A stretch of 64,000 nucleotides of DNA from Rebecca billardiae RCC1528 (taxonomy: Eukaryota > Protista > Haptophyta). The stretch is from the NCBI GenBank assembly GCA_965240325.2, contig OZ251251.1, positions 62,001 through 126,000 of the forward strand. Direction: 5' to 3'. Under the pieces are notes generated by a model. That model ran no database searches, had not been told where the DNA came from, and worked only from the letters and a program-made list of their open reading frames with translations. Shown here piece by piece: positions 32,363-45,283 of this stretch. The stretch's first letter is position 1, and every line of letters begins with the position of its first letter. The position numbers were made by a program, and so were the translations under genes.

Positions 32363-33787
32363 TCAGCGCAGCCCACAGCGCAGGGGCGGCAGCTGCACCA
32401 CGCGCTGCGGTGTTGGCTGCAGGCCGCCATCGTAGCCCACGCCCAGGCCGAGCGCGCCCGAATGTACGCCGGATGCGTGCACGCAGCCGTCCACGGTGAC
32501 GTAGAGGGCGTGCGCTTGACCCAGTGAGCAGTCGAGCACGCGCGCGTGCGCGAGGCCCGCCACCCGCTCGGGCAGCGTGCGATCCAATGTGTCCCCCAGC
32601 CCCAGCTGGCCGTAGCTGTTGTACCCAAACGTGTGCACACTGCCGTCAGCGCACACCACAGCGCTGGTGCAAGAGCCCGCGCTGGCGCGCACGACATGCA
32701 TGCCGCCCAGTGTTTCGATGCGCGTGGGCACCAGCCGAGCGGTCAGGCCACCGTGGCCGAGCGCGCCGCCGGAACCAACCCCGAAGGAGTGCACGCCGCC
32801 CGCTGCGTCCACCACCAGGCTGTGCAAAAAGCCCGCGCTCACGTGCACAGCGCGCATACCAGCTAGCGCCTCGATGCGAGTCGGCGTGCGCTGCCGCTGC
32901 GCGTTACCGTGGCCAAGACGACCGTGCAAGCCTTCGCCGCACGAGTACACGGCGCCGCACGCCGAGAGCAGCAGCGTGTGGAGGCTGCCCGCGGCCACGC
33001 CGCCCACGCGCACGCCGTCCAGCGCCTCGATGCGCGTCGGCTCCAGCCGGTGCGCCGTGTCGCCGTGGCCGAGCTGGCCTTCGCTGTTGCCGCCCCAACT
33101 GTACGCAGCGCCAGCGGTCGTGAGCGCGAGGCTGTGGTAAGCCCCAGCGCGTATGCTGACGACGAGGTCCACGCCCAGCGCCGCCACCTGCACGAACGCC
33201 CGTCGCTCAGCCTTGTCGCCCACGCCCAGCTGGCCGTAGCCGTTGCGGCCACACGCGTACACGGCGCCCGCCTCGCTCAGCGCGAGCAGGTGGTACCCAC
33301 CCGCCGCAACGGCCCGCACGCGCACCGCCGCCAGCGAGCCCACGTACGTCGGCACGAGCACGGCCGTCTCCACGCGGAGCTCGGGATGGCCCAACGGTGC
33401 GCCGCACGTGTGCACGCCGCCGTCCGCGTCAACAAATGCGGAAAGTCTCATCTCGGCGTTTGGGCTGGCGGACGCGACGTGCGCGTGCGCGTGCGCGAGC
33501 TCGAGCAGGCGCTCGCGCGCGAACAGCTCCTCCGCCCACGTGGACACGCCCGCGGGAAGGGCTGCCGGCAGCGCGGCCTCGTGCCCGCGCGCGCGCGCTC
33601 GCTCGCGCAGCGCGTGCTCGAGCGGCGCGCCGCGGAAGAGGCGCGCGGCGGCGTTGGCGGCGGCGAGGTCGCGCACGTCATCGATGTGGACGAAGATGCG
33701 CGCGACAAGCTCGGGCGGCACGTCGGTCAGCTGCACGGTCGCCGCTGCCGAGCGCGCCTGGGGACGCGAGCGCGTCGTCGGTGCCAT
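32363..33787 (-). CDS. F-box-like + 7x RCC1-repeat protein, copy 6 (474 aa)
   Basis: Same architecture; nearly identical to copy 4 through blade 5. Confidence 0.9.
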   Translation of the reverse strand: MAPTTRSRPQARSAAATVQLTDVPPELVARIFVHIDDVRDLAAANAAARLFRGAPLEHALRERARARGHEAALPAALPAGVSTWAEELFARERLLELAHAHAHVASASPNAEMRLSAFVDADGGVHTCGAPLGHPELRVETAVLVPTYVGSLAAVRVRAVAAGGYHLLALSEAGAVYACGRNGYGQLGVGDKAERRAFVQVAALGVDLVVSIRAGAYHSLALTTAGAAYSWGGNSEGQLGHGDTAHRLEPTRIEALDGVRVGGVAAGSLHTLLLSACGAVYSCGEGLHGRLGHGNAQRQRTPTRIEALAGMRAVHVSAGFLHSLVVDAAGGVHSFGVGSGGALGHGGLTARLVPTRIETLGGMHVVRASAGSCTSAVVCADGSVHTFGYNSYGQLGLGDTLDRTLPERVAGLAHARVLDCSLGQAHALYVTVDGCVHASGVHSGALGLGVGYDGGLQPTPQRVVQLPPLRCGLR

Positions 33788-34297
33788 GCTGTTTGCCCAC
33801 GTTGGCCGAGTCGCTCGACGACGACGACGGTTGGCGGCTGTTTGCCAGACGCAGGCAGGACGACAGTACAGTCATACAGTACGGCTCTGCTGAACGTGTA
33901 GAGTCGTATCTTACTACTTGTACAGTGCACAGCATCAGGTCGTGCGACAGCACGGCGGCGGTGTGCGCGCGGAACCCACGCGCGCAGCTGGTGCTCAATG
34001 GTAATGCGCGCGTCATCCGACCTTCTCCCTCTCCATTATCATAAGTGCCCGCCTACCACGCCACTCTGTAAATCGCAGCGCAAGCTCGAGCGGCTGCTCC
34101 AGCCCCGCCGTGCTGCCACAAGCTGGCTGCATGCGCGGCCCGGGTGGCACGGGCTGATGGCAGCTGCCTGCTCAGTGGCTGGTGCATGGGTGCGACGCCT
34201 CACTGACCGTGTCCGAAGAGAGCAGCGGCGAGCACTCGCACACGCAGCACTCGCAAGACTGCAGCGTGAGCACCGCACCCGCCACGGGGCCGGTCGC

Positions 34298-35716
34298 TCA
34301 GCGCAGCCCACAGCGCAGGGGCGGCAGCTGCACCACGCGCTGCGGTGTTGGCTGCAGGCCGCCATCGTAGCCCACGCCCAGGCCGAGCGCTGCCGAATGT
34401 GCGCCGCACGCGTGCACGCCGCCGTCCGCTGTGACGTAGAGGGCGTGGGTGTCGCCAAGTGAGCAGTCGACCACGTGTGCATGCGCCAGGCCCTCCACCC
34501 GCTCGGGCAGCAGGCGATCCATTCGGTCCCCCAGCCCCAGCTGGCCAAAGCTGTTAGACCCAAACGTGTGCACGCTGCCGTCAGCGCACACCACAGCGCT
34601 GGTGCAAGAGCCCGCGCTGGCGCGCACGACACGCATGCCGCCCAGTGTTTCGATGCGCGTGGGCACCAGCCGAGCGGTCAGGCCACCGTGGCCGAGCGCG
34701 CCACCGCGACCGCGTCCGAAGGAGTGCACGCCGCCCGCTGCGTCCACCACCAGGCTGTGCTCGTCGCCCGCGCTCACGTGCACGGCGCGCACGCCAGCGA
34801 GCGCCTCGATGCGCCGCGGCGTGCGCTGATCCTGCTCGTCAGCGTGGCCAAGGCAGCCGCCAAAGGCATTCCCACACGAGAACACGGCGCCGCACGCCGA
34901 GAGCAGCAGCGTGTGCCCACAGCCCGTGGCCACGCCGCCCACGCGCACGCCGTCCAGCGCCTCGATGCGCGTCGGCTCCCACCGGTCCTCCGTGTCGCCG
35001 TGGCCGAGCTGGCCGTAGCCGTTGTGGCCCCAGCTGTACGCCGCACCGGCAGCCGCCAGCGCGAGGCTGTTATGGAAACCGGCAGCGATGCTGAGGACGA
35101 GCTCCGCACCCAGCGCCGCCACCTGCACGAACGCCCGTCGCTCAGCCTTGTCGCCCACGCCCAGCTGACCGCAGTCGTTGCGGCCACACGCGTACACGGC
35201 GCCTGCCTCGCTCAGCGCGAGCAGGTGATTGTAGCCGGCCGCCACTGCACGCACGCGCACTGCCGCCAGCGAGCCCACGCGCGTCGGCACGAGCACGCGC
35301 GTCTCCATGCTGAGCTCGGGATGGCCCAGCGGTGCGCCGCATGTGTGCACGCCGCCGGCACCGTCAACAAACGCGGAGAAGCCCATGCCTATGGTTGGGC
35401 TGGCAGACGCGACGTGCGCGTGCGCGTGCGCGAGATCAGAGATGCGCTCGCGCGCGAACAGCTCCTCCGCCCACGTGGACACGCCCGCGGGCAGGGCCGC
35501 CGGCAGCGCGGCCTCGTGCCCGCGCGCACACGCGCGCTCGCGCAGCGCGTGCTCGAGCGGCGCGGCGCGGAAGAGGCGAGCGGCGGCGTTGGCAGCGGCG
35601 AGGTCGCGCACGTCATCGAGGTGGACGAGGATGCGCGCGATCAGCTCGGGCGGCAGGGCGGTCAGCCGCACCGCCGCCGCTGCCGAGCGCGCCTTGGTAC
35701 GCGTCGTCGGCGCCAT
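34298..35716 (-). CDS. F-box-like + 7x RCC1-repeat protein, copy 7 (472 aa)
   Basis: Same architecture; starts MAPTTRTKARS; first gene of the left array. Confidence 0.9.
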   Translation of the reverse strand: MAPTTRTKARSAAAAVRLTALPPELIARILVHLDDVRDLAAANAAARLFRAAPLEHALRERACARGHEAALPAALPAGVSTWAEELFARERISDLAHAHAHVASASPTIGMGFSAFVDGAGGVHTCGAPLGHPELSMETRVLVPTRVGSLAAVRVRAVAAGYNHLLALSEAGAVYACGRNDCGQLGVGDKAERRAFVQVAALGAELVLSIAAGFHNSLALAAAGAAYSWGHNGYGQLGHGDTEDRWEPTRIEALDGVRVGGVATGCGHTLLLSACGAVFSCGNAFGGCLGHADEQDQRTPRRIEALAGVRAVHVSAGDEHSLVVDAAGGVHSFGRGRGGALGHGGLTARLVPTRIETLGGMRVVRASAGSCTSAVVCADGSVHTFGSNSFGQLGLGDRMDRLLPERVEGLAHAHVVDCSLGDTHALYVTADGGVHACGAHSAALGLGVGYDGGLQPTPQRVVQLPPLRCGLR

Positions 35717-37267
35717 GCTGAACGACGCGACGGTTGGCCGCCGCCAAGCGATGGTCAAAACTCAAAAGAGCTGCTGAATTTATTCCGCCACGAAATCGCT
35801 GCGGCTGGCGCGCTCTGATTCTTAGTAGCTAGTAAACTGCGTCGTACATCGCCCGTCATCGGGGCTGCGTGGAATTTGAGGGCGGCTCCAGCCACAGTCA
35901 GGGACGTCCACTGACCCTATGGGGGGGGTGCATTTAGACGAACCCCTGGGAGCCAGGGAGCGATGAGGGTACCAATCGAAAGATCTCCGGGGCGGCGGAC
36001 GAAGCCGCAGGTTCAAAACCGAAGCCGCAGACGATTTCGTATGTTTCTTTGTCCTTGAACGCGTCGTCACAGCCGAACACGGAGGACTCCATCGTGCTGA
36101 ACTTTTTTTTGGCCTCCCGGACCGGTCTCCACTCTCCCGCACGATGGAGTTCCGCGGAGCGGGCGAGGAGATGAGACGTCTTGGGAGGCCTTGATCCGGG
36201 CGCATCCGCTGGTTGGCCGCGGCACCCTGTCGCGCTCGCGCCTCGGGTGCACCTTCGTGCACTGAGAGTCACCGATGGGCGAGAAGCTGCTCGTCGACTC
36301 GAGCAAGCTGCGCGCTGTCCGCGTCGAGCTGCTCGCGCCGGCGGCCACACCTCGCGGCGGTGCGGGCGTGCGCATGAGCTTGTCGGCTTCTAGCTGCTCG
36401 CGCCCCGGGCCGCGCCGTCAGCTCGTGGTGCCACGGGTATGCGCACGAGCTCGTGCTTGGCTGCAGCTCCTCAGAAACCTGCCACAGCTGGCTGGCTCAG
36501 AGCTTGTTCGCGAGTGCTGAGGTGCGGCGTGGCCTGCGCGGTGCGCCGCAGCGGTCAATGCGTTGCTCGATCCTGCACTGCGCTACGTCTTGACTCGCGA
36601 GGGAGGCGCCGATATCGGGGCTGTGTGTAATGCGTCATGGCCGCCCGGCGCAGAGCCGACGCCGCACGACGCAGCCCTCAGCCAACACCAGCGAACACGG
36701 TCTGCTATGCGAATATTCTGGCGAGTTGGGGCCTTATTGAGGCGTATTTGGTCCTTCGATCGGCTGGGGGGAGCCCCCCCCCAGACCCCCCCAGAGAGTC
36801 TGAATGCACCCCTGCTGGACGTCCCGGACAGTGACCGGAGCCGGGCCGGTCGATGTGCGGCGTGTGGCACCAGTGGCAGTGAGCGGCCGCGCCTGATGTG
36901 GTACCGGGCTGCACGGCGCGCGGGGCCGCGCGAACCGGCGCCCTGCCGCGCCCGCCGGGCGCCCGCGCCGCAGCGAGTCCGGCGGACCGTCACGGCCTGG
37001 GCCCGCTGCACCGTCACCGGCACGCGGGCCGAGCATGCGCTGACGACCGTGCGGCGCCAGCCGCGCGGCGACGGGCGGCCATGGGCGAGCCGCCCTTTCC
37101 GACCGTGCCGCGAGACTCGCGGCGCAACGCAGCTGCATGCCGCCGCCATGCGCCTAATGCCGGGCGCAGGCGGGGTGGTGCCCTGCTGTGCTGAGCTAGG
37201 TGGCGGTGCTGCGTACTCGTGCGGTCGCAGCGTCAGCCCCCGCCCTTCGTAAGCGTCCGTGCCCCCG

Positions 37268-39594
37268 CTACGGCCGCAGCGCCGCCCCGGCCCCCTTGAG
37301 CACCTTGTCCAGCAGCGAGCCCTCGGTGGCGAGCGCGGAGGCGGCGGCGCCGCCGGGCGCGCGCGGCGTGCTGAGCAGCCCGGCGCCGCCACCGGGCGCG
37401 GGTGTGCCCGCGGCGCTGTCGGGCCTGGCGCCGCCCGCCGCGGCGCCACTGCCCTCGCGCGCGGGCATGGAGGACGACGTGAAGACATACGACTTGGAGC
37501 AGGAGGTGCCGCCGCCGCCGCTGCAGGGCCGAGAGGAGAGGGGGTCGGCGGCGCATGCGCGCGCGCGCGCGCGCGCATGCGCAGAGTGGCGCGGGGTGCG
37601 CGTGAGCGCGCGGCGACGGATGGGGTGCGCGTGCGGGCGTGCGCGGCGCGTGCGCGCGGCGGCCCAGGGTGTAGGGGCACGTGCGGGCGCGCGGCGTCGC
37701 GCGCGCGGCGCGCGCGCGCACCCGCCGAGCCGGCCGGACTTCTCCGCGTGCTGCAGCCGGCTGAGGAAGCCGACGCCGCCGAAGAAGCCGGCAGCATGGC
37801 TGCCGCCCACCGCAGCATGGCCGCCGCCGGCGAGCGAGCCCTGCCGGCTGAGCGAAGTTGGCGCGACGAGGGAGGGCTGGCGCGAGAGGGTCGAGGGGAG
37901 CGCCGTCGGCCGGAACGCGTCCGCGCCGCCGCCGCGAGCGCCGCCGCCCTCCGCCCCGCCCAGCGAGGCGCTGCCGTCCGAGCACGCCGTGCGCGCGCGC
38001 TTGAGGCCCGCGTGCGGCGGCGCGCCGAACGCGCCGCGCGTGCCCTCGGTGTCGGCGAGCGACTCGAGGCTGCGGCGCGCGGCGCGAAGCGAGCGTGGGC
38101 GAGGCGCGCGGGTCAGCGCGAGTGCGCGGGCGCCGCCGCGGCACGGGCTGCCCTCTTCCCCGACGCCAGCGCGCGGCGCGGGTCGGCGCGCGGCGCGCGC
38201 GGGTGCGCGCACAGCTGCTGCGAGCTCTCGTCCCCCTTGCCGAGCGTTTCGAGCAGCGCGGCGTCGAGCGACGCGCCCGCGTCGGCCGCGCGCAGGCTGC
38301 GGCTGCGCCGCTGCCGCCACACGGCCGGCTTGGGCGCGGCGCGCCGCCCGTCCACACGACACACCTCCTCCGAGCGCGCCGCCGCCTCCGCCTCCGCCTC
38401 CGCCGCCTCCTCCTCGCAGTCGGAGAGCGCGAGCGTCGGGCGCGCCGCGTCGCACTGCGGCGCGGGCGGGCGCGCGGGCGGGCACGCGCGCGCGCGCGCA
38501 GCCGCCGGGGGCGTGAGCGCACAGCCGCGCGCGCGAAGGGCACGGTGCGCGCGTGCACACAGCTTGGATGGCCGCACACCGCACCATTCTGTACTCGGCA
38601 GCCACCTCCTCCGCCGCCTCCTCTGCCTCCGCCTCTGCCTCCGCCGCGGGCTGCGCGGCCGCGTCGTCGGCGTCGGCGTTGCCATCCGTCGGCTCCGCGC
38701 CCTCGCCGCGCCGCCGCTTGCGCCGCGCGCCGGTGGCAAACCCGCCGCCCTCCGCCTCCGCCTCCGCCTCCGCCTCCGCCTCCGCCTCGGTCGGAGGCGT
38801 CGGGCCGCCCTGCTGCGCCCCCGCCTCCTCCGACGAGTCGCTCAGCCGCGCGCCGCGGCGCAGCCGCGCGTGCCGCCGCGCGCCCGCGCCGCCCGCCTCG
38901 TCGCGCGCGTCGAGCGCCGCCTCCGCCGCGGCGCGCGCGCCCAGCGCCAAGCAGCCCTCCGCCTCCCCCGGACTTTCCGCCTCCCCCGGACTTTCCGGCT
39001 CGGCGGACGCGTCGGCGCTGCCGCCGGGCGCGCGCGGCGACTCGGACGCGTCCGGCGCGATGAAGCCCTCCAGGTCCGAGCCGCCGGCGTCCTCCTCCGC
39101 CTCGGAGTCCGGCTCCGCCCCGGACTCCTCCGCCCCGGACTCCTCGGTCTCGTCCGCCTCGGCACACACCAGCCCGCCGGCCGGCGCGCGGCGACGCTTG
39201 GCGGCGCGCGGCGCGCCGGCGGGCTGCGGCGCGTCGGCGGCGGCCGCGCCCGCCTCCGCGCGCCGCTTGGCGCCGTACGTGCGCACGGGCGGCGGCGGCT
39301 TGGGCGGCGGCGCACCGTCGTCCGCGCCCGCCGCGCCCGCGCCTGCCTCTGGCCCCGGCTGCTGCGGCTGCTGCGGCTGCTGCGGCTGCGGCTGCGGCTG
39401 CGGCTGCTGCTGCGGCTGCGGCTGCGGCTGCGGCTGCGGCTGCGGCTGCGGCTCCGTCAGCTCAGCTTCGGGCGCCAGCAGCGGCATCGACTCGCCGAGC
39501 TCGAGGCCGAGCGACTGCGACATCGAGCCCAGCCCGAGCCCGAGCCCGAGCCCCAGCCCCGCGTCATCGCCGCCGGGGGTGCCGTCCTCGACTC

Positions 39595-39637
<43 letters not shown>

Positions 39638-42600
39638 GGCGGCGGCGTCGGCGCCTGCGGCGGCGGCGGTCGGCGGGTCGGGGGCGGCGTCCGCGGCGGC
39701 GGGCGGCGGCTCGGCGCCGTCGTCCCACAGCTGCTGCGAGTCCTGCACCTCCGCCGGCGGCATGCCGCCGCCACCGCCGCCGCCAACCGCCGCGACGGCC
39801 GCGTCGGCTGCCGTGTCCGCCGCCACGCCCTCGGCCACGTCGTCCGCGGCGGGCGCGTGCGCTCCGGCGGTCTGGGCGGCGTCGGCCTCCGCGTGCGCGG
39901 GCTCGCCCAGAAAGTCCGCCGCCAGCAGGTCCTCCTCCTCCTCCTCCTCCTCCTCGCCCTCCTCCTCCTCCTCCTCCTCCAAGTCCGGGAGCAGGCTGCA
40001 GAGTCCGGCCGGGCGCACTCGCCCCTCCGCCTCGTCCGCGGGCACCACCCCGCGCTCCACTGCGTCCCGGAGCTTCGCCGCGGCGGCGGCGCGGCCGAGG
40101 GAGGCGCGCAGCGCGGAGCGCACGCCGAGGAGCACGCCTGCGCAAGCGCGGAGGGCGCGCGCGCGCGAGGGCGACGCCGAGCGCGCGGATCAGCGCGCGG
40201 CGCACGGCTCCTGCGCGCCGCGGGCGCGCCGTGCGCGGCGCAGCGGCGCGGCGCGGCGCGGCGCGGCGCGGCGGCGGCGGCGGCGCGCTCACCTGAAGAT
40301 GTGGGGGCGGCGGCGGCCGCGGCCTGCTGCGCGCTCGTGCGGCCGGTGCGCAGCGCGGCGGTGCGCGCGGCGGGCACGAGCACGAGCTCGTCCTCCTCCT
40401 CCTCCCCTTCCTCCTCCTCCGCCTCCGCGCCCTCGCCCTCGAGCGCCGCGTCGAGCGCGGCGGCGAGCGCGTCGTCGTCGTCCTCGTCGTCGGCCTCGGC
40501 CGCCACGGCCGCCGCCTCCGCGCTCGGCGCCGCCGCGGCCGCCGCGTCGGCGTCGCCCGGCGCGCCCAGCGTCGGCGGCGCGGCGGCGCTCGGCGGCGGC
40601 GGCGCGGCGCCGAGCGCGGCGTCGGCCGCGGCCTCGGCGCGCGCGGCGCGCTCGGCGCGCGCCTCCGCCTCCGCCGTCGCGATGGCGGCGCAGAGCTGCG
40701 AGCAGAACAGGCGGCCGCCCGCGCGGCGCGCGCGGTCGTCCGGGCCGATGTGCTTCACGCAGTGCGCGCACGTCGGCAGCGCGGCGGCGGCGGGCAGCGC
40801 GGCGCCGCCCGCGGCCGCGCCGCCGGGCGGCGGCGCGGCCGCCGCCCCCGGCGGCGCCGCCGCCGCGGCCGCCGCGCCGTCGTGCGCGGGCGGCGGCGGC
40901 TGCGCGGGCGGCGCGGCGGCGGGCTCCGCGCCGCCCGTCTCCGCGCCCCCGTCCTTCTCGCGCGCGCCCGCGCCCTTCACCTTCGCGCGGATCTTCCCGA
41001 CCAGAAGCTTGAGCGACGTCACCTCCGCCGAGGGCGCGGGCAGCAGCAGCGCACCGCTGGCCCCGTGCTCGCGGATCAACGCCTGTGCGGCCGAGTGCAC
41101 GGCGGCCATGTCGTCGCCGTGCGCCGCGGCGCGCGCCGAGCGGCGGCGCGGCGCGCGCTCGGCGCCGCCGCCCTCCGAGTCCGACCCCGCGAACGACTCG
41201 TCGTTCTCCGAGTCGAACAGGTCGCCCAGTCCGGCCGCGCCGCCGAGTCCGGCCGCGCCGCGCCGCGCGCCGGCCGCGTCCGCGCCCGCGCCCGAACACT
41301 CGTCATCAGAGTCGGCGTCTGAGGAGCCGCCCTCGCCCTCGCCCTCCGAGTCGGAGCCCGAGCGCGCGCCGCGGTTCTCGCGGCTGCGTGGCGCGCGCGC
41401 GGGTTGGAGCGGGGAGACGCGCGGCACGGCCGCACGCCGCGGCGGGCGGGCGCGCGAGCGAGCGGGCGTGTCAGCGCGGCGTGCGGTCACGCGGCGGCGC
41501 GCGGGCGCGCGGACGCGCGGCGGCGCGCACCGCCAGAAGGTCTCCTGCCGCGCCTTCTTCTTCTTCTCCTTGTCGAGCAGCGCGATCCACGCCTCCTCCT
41601 CGTCCTCGTCGCCGCCGCCGCCCGCCTGCGCCGCGCGCGCCGCGCGCTTCGCCTCGCGGCGCGCGGCCTTGGCGGCGGCGCGTGCGCGCTCGGCGTCGGC
41701 GGCGGCCGCGGCGCCGTCGGCGGCGCCGTCCGCGCCATCGGCCGCGCGGCGCGCGCGCGCGGAGGCGGCGGCGGCGGCCATGGCGTCGTCGTCGTCCTCG
41801 CCGTCAGCCGCCACCATCGCCGCCGCCTCCGCCTCCTCCTCCTCGCCACCCGTCGCGCCGCCGCCGTCGTCGGCGGCGGGCGCGGCGCCGCCGGCCGCGC
41901 CCTCGGCGCGCGCTGCCGTGGACGCCGCCCTCGCCGCCGCCTTTGCGGCGCGCGCCGCGGCCTGCTCCTCCGCCGTCGGCCCAAAGTAGTACTCCCACGC
42001 GAGCGCGCGCTCGAGCAGCCGCGCCAGCTTCGCGCGCACCTCCGCCGTCACGCCCGGCGGCAGCAGGCCCCTCGCGCCCGCCGCCTTGGCGGTCGGGCCG
42101 GAGGCGGCGCCGCCGCCGCTGCCGCCCTTGCCGCCGCCGCCGCCGTGCGCCGCGCCCGCGCCGCGCGCGCGCTCGTCGCGCGCGACGGCGCGCGCGGACT
42201 GCTTGATCAGCTGCACGTTGTGCACGCCGCGCGCGTCCCGCACGGGCAGCCGCCAGCTCGACTTGGACGCTGCGCCGCCGCGCCGCGCGGCGCGGGGGCG
42301 GGCGCGGGGCGTTGTCAGCGCGCGGCGCGCGGCGCGGGCGGCGCGCGGCGGCGCGCGGCGGCGCGCGGCGGCGCGCGGCGCGCACAGAGGCTGCCGCGGA
42401 AGAGGAAGGCGCTCGAGGGCAGCGCCGACTTGTCGATGAGCCCCGCGCGCGCGTGGCCCGGCGGGTAGCTCGAGAACGCCTCGCGCCCGCCCACCTCGGA
42501 TTCGTCAATATTGGGCGGCGGCGCGCGCGGCTTGGGCACGCGCTTGCCCTGGGGCCGCGCCGCCGCGTCGGTGTCGGAGCCGGAGCCCTCGTCCTCCGAG

Positions 42601-43814
42601 CCGGAGCCGCCGGCGCGCGCGCGCCGGCCGCGCGCGCCGCCGCGCGCGCGGGCCTTGCCGCCCGCACCGCCGCCGCCGCGCCGACCCGCCGCCGCGCCGC
42701 GCGCGCGCCGGCGCACGAGCCCGCGCTCAGAGTCGGAGGAGGAGCCCCCGGACTCGGCGTCGTCGCCGGACTCGTCGGCGCTGCTCGGCGCGGCGGCAGC
42801 AGCGCCGCCGCCGTCGTCCGAGCCGCTCTCGTCCTCCGCCACCGCCGCCTTCGCGCGCTTCGCGCGCGCCGCGGGCGGGGGCTCGGCCGGGGCGGCGTAC
42901 TGCGCCGCTCGATCCCACCGGCTCGCGCCGAGCGCGGCGTGCACGCGCGAGCGCGGCGCGGCGCCGGCGCCGACGGCCACGGGGTCGGGCCCGCCAGCCG
43001 CATCGGCGCCGTCGGCAGCGCCGTCGCCCTCGCGCGCCATGCCGCCGCCCTTCTCGCCGGCGCCGTCCTCCTCCTCGCCCTTGTCGTCGTCGTCGTCGTC
43101 GTCGTCGTCGCGCAGTGAGGCGACGGCTGCGAGCGCGCGCGCCTTGCGCGACGCACCGGGGCGGGAGAGGCGCGACGGGCGCGGCGAGGCGGCAGCGGGC
43201 TTGGCGCGCGCGGCGCGCTCCTTCTTGCCGCCCTTCTTCCGCCCGGCCTCGCCGCCCTTCGACTTGCGCCGCTTCGCCTTCGCCGCGCGCGGCGCCGCAG
43301 CTCCATCGGCCTCCGCCTCCGCCTCCGCCTCGTCGTCGGCAGCGCCGGCGGCCGCGTCGTCGGCGGCGTCGGCGTTGGCGGGCGCGGCGCGGCCGAGACG
43401 GCCACGGCGACGCGGCGCGATCACCAGCTCCTCCTCCTCGTCGCTGTCCACCTCGTCCACCGCCGCGCGAGCTGCGGCCGCGTCGGCGTCCGCGCGCGCT
43501 GCCGGCGGCGCGCTCGGCGGCGGCTGCGGCGGCGTGCCGGCCGGCGCTTTCGGCGCGGCGGCGAGCGCCACTTGCTTGTCCACGAGCGCGTCGAGGTCGA
43601 GGTCGTCATCCTCGTCCGACGCGTCGCTCTCGTCCTCGATCACCGCGGGCGCGCGCGCCGCGGGCGCGCCGCCGCCCGCCTCGGCCGCGGCCGCGGCCGC
43701 GCCGCCATCGCCCTCGGCCGCGGCGGCCGCGGCGGCCGCGGCGTCGAGTGCCGGGGGCAGCGGCGCCGCCTCCAGGAACGCGTCGAGGGCCACGTCCTCC
43801 TCCGAGTCCGACAT
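37268..43814 (-). CDS. Large acidic multi-exon protein, Claspin/Mrc1-like replication checkpoint mediator (tentative)
   Basis: Starts MSDSEEDVALD; coding segments lie in ORFs 42315..43883, 39457..42243 and 37268..40135, separated by GC-rich introns. VHSAAQALIRE...VTSLKLLVGKIR resembles the Claspin HSE.QRLIRE motif; acidic AEADETEE...DLEGFI segment; C-terminal SKSYVF; also a CxxC...FCSxxC Zn finger. Exon borders not fully resolved. Confidence 0.5.
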
Positions 43815-45283
43815 GCCCGCACACGCGCGCGCGACGAGAGCACCGCCGCCGCTCGTCGGTCGATGTGGCCAACGACCGCGCAAAGCTTTGACTGCGCCGA
43901 CCGAGGTCGTGCCGTTGGCACTTGGCCGCCCCTCGATTACATACAGTTTGTGCGTCGAGTCCGGGCCAGCCCGGGTATTCCGGGCTTCTCGCGTGGAAAA
44001 GGCATCAGCGGATCAGCCGCTTCGACGTGGTGGACGCGCGTGTGGGAGTAACCTCGCTTGCCCTGGGGGCCAGCTCCGGCAGCGCAGACTCCAGTGCTGC
44101 GCGCGCGTCCGCGGCGGCGCGTCCGTCTCGGCGTCGCCTTCGGGGCGCTGCGCAGCGGGCGGGGGCCGGCACTGCGCCCCAGCGGGCCCCAGGTGGTAGA
44201 CACCGTTGCGTCGCGCCCGACGCGATCGGTCTGGGCCGGGTAGGGCTGCCCATCACGCGGCCGCGGGACTCCACCGCAGACGCAGGCCGTTTCAGTCACT
44301 CATCATGACACTGGCACTCCGGGCCGATCGGCCCGGTGACCATAATGCTGATTGCTGACGAGCGACTTGTCACAGCCGCAATGCCGCTCTCACGCCGATA
44401 CGCGCGCGTCATCGTCCTGCCCCGATCATCTGATGCGACACTAGGCAGCACGACTGATGATGAGCAGTCCGCCTGACGTCGGCGCCGGCGGCCGCGCCTG
44501 CAGCAGGGCCAGCCGGGTCCGCCGGCGGTGCCGCAATGTCAGGCCGAACAGACTGTTACCAGAACTCTCTCCGCGCTGTCTGCCGTCCGATTCAGTCGCG
44601 GCCGGCGTCCGGGCGCGGAACGACAGTGGCGCGGTGCCGAGTAATAAACTGACGACGGAGTCAATCCCCGAGGCGGCCGGAGGCATGCAGGAGGACTACT
44701 GCGCGCTAGCTGGCTGGGTCTGGCCGTGGCGCAGGGCGGCAGATCCGGCATCGATCGGCGGCCACGGCCCGGACGGAACGTCAGCCGCCGACGAAGTCCC
44801 GGCCGGCGCCGCCCGGCCGCGCCACGCGGACCGCTGTGCACGCATGACTACTACTGCGCCGGCCGGTGCTGCCACTTCGTCCTCATTCCTGCGATCGAAC
44901 CATCACGCCGCCGCGGACGTGACGACATATGATCATATATAAGAACTCGTCGGACGCGTATTAGCATCGTCGGCTGACCATTTGACACCAACCATCGGCG
45001 GGAAGTTGCGGCCTGGCGGTCTGCGCTCAGCGCTCGGCCCGGACTCCGCGTGAGTGCCAATAAAGATTGTCGTCGAATCACGGACGCGATGAAATAAGAG
45101 CGCCTGGCCCGCCCGCATTGACACCGCCAGCCGGCAGGCTGCGGCGGGCGCCCGCTGCCCGGGCCGAGGGCGCCACGCGCGCCGGAGCCTCAAGAGGCCT
45201 CGCCGCCGCATCCGCGCTGTTGCTGCACGGCGCCGCGGCCCGCACGCCGCGAGGGTCTGGCGGGTGGACGGGTGCAGCCGCCG

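Noticed and set aside
35760-37230. Possible gene or element between copy 7 and the Claspin-like gene (CAACG motif near 36855)
   Set aside because: No coherent ORF, domain or terminal repeats could be supported by eye.
37233-44199. Long Arg/Ala-rich ORFs such as 37259..41989 (+) and 42511..44199 (+)
   Set aside because: Antisense or off-frame shadows of the minus-strand gene; stop codons are rare at this GC content. The same applies to most short ORFs overlapping the RCC1 genes and the MULE.
44200-45190. ORF 44457..44942 or an ncRNA in the intergenic region
   Set aside because: No recognisable motif, splice pattern or RNA structure.
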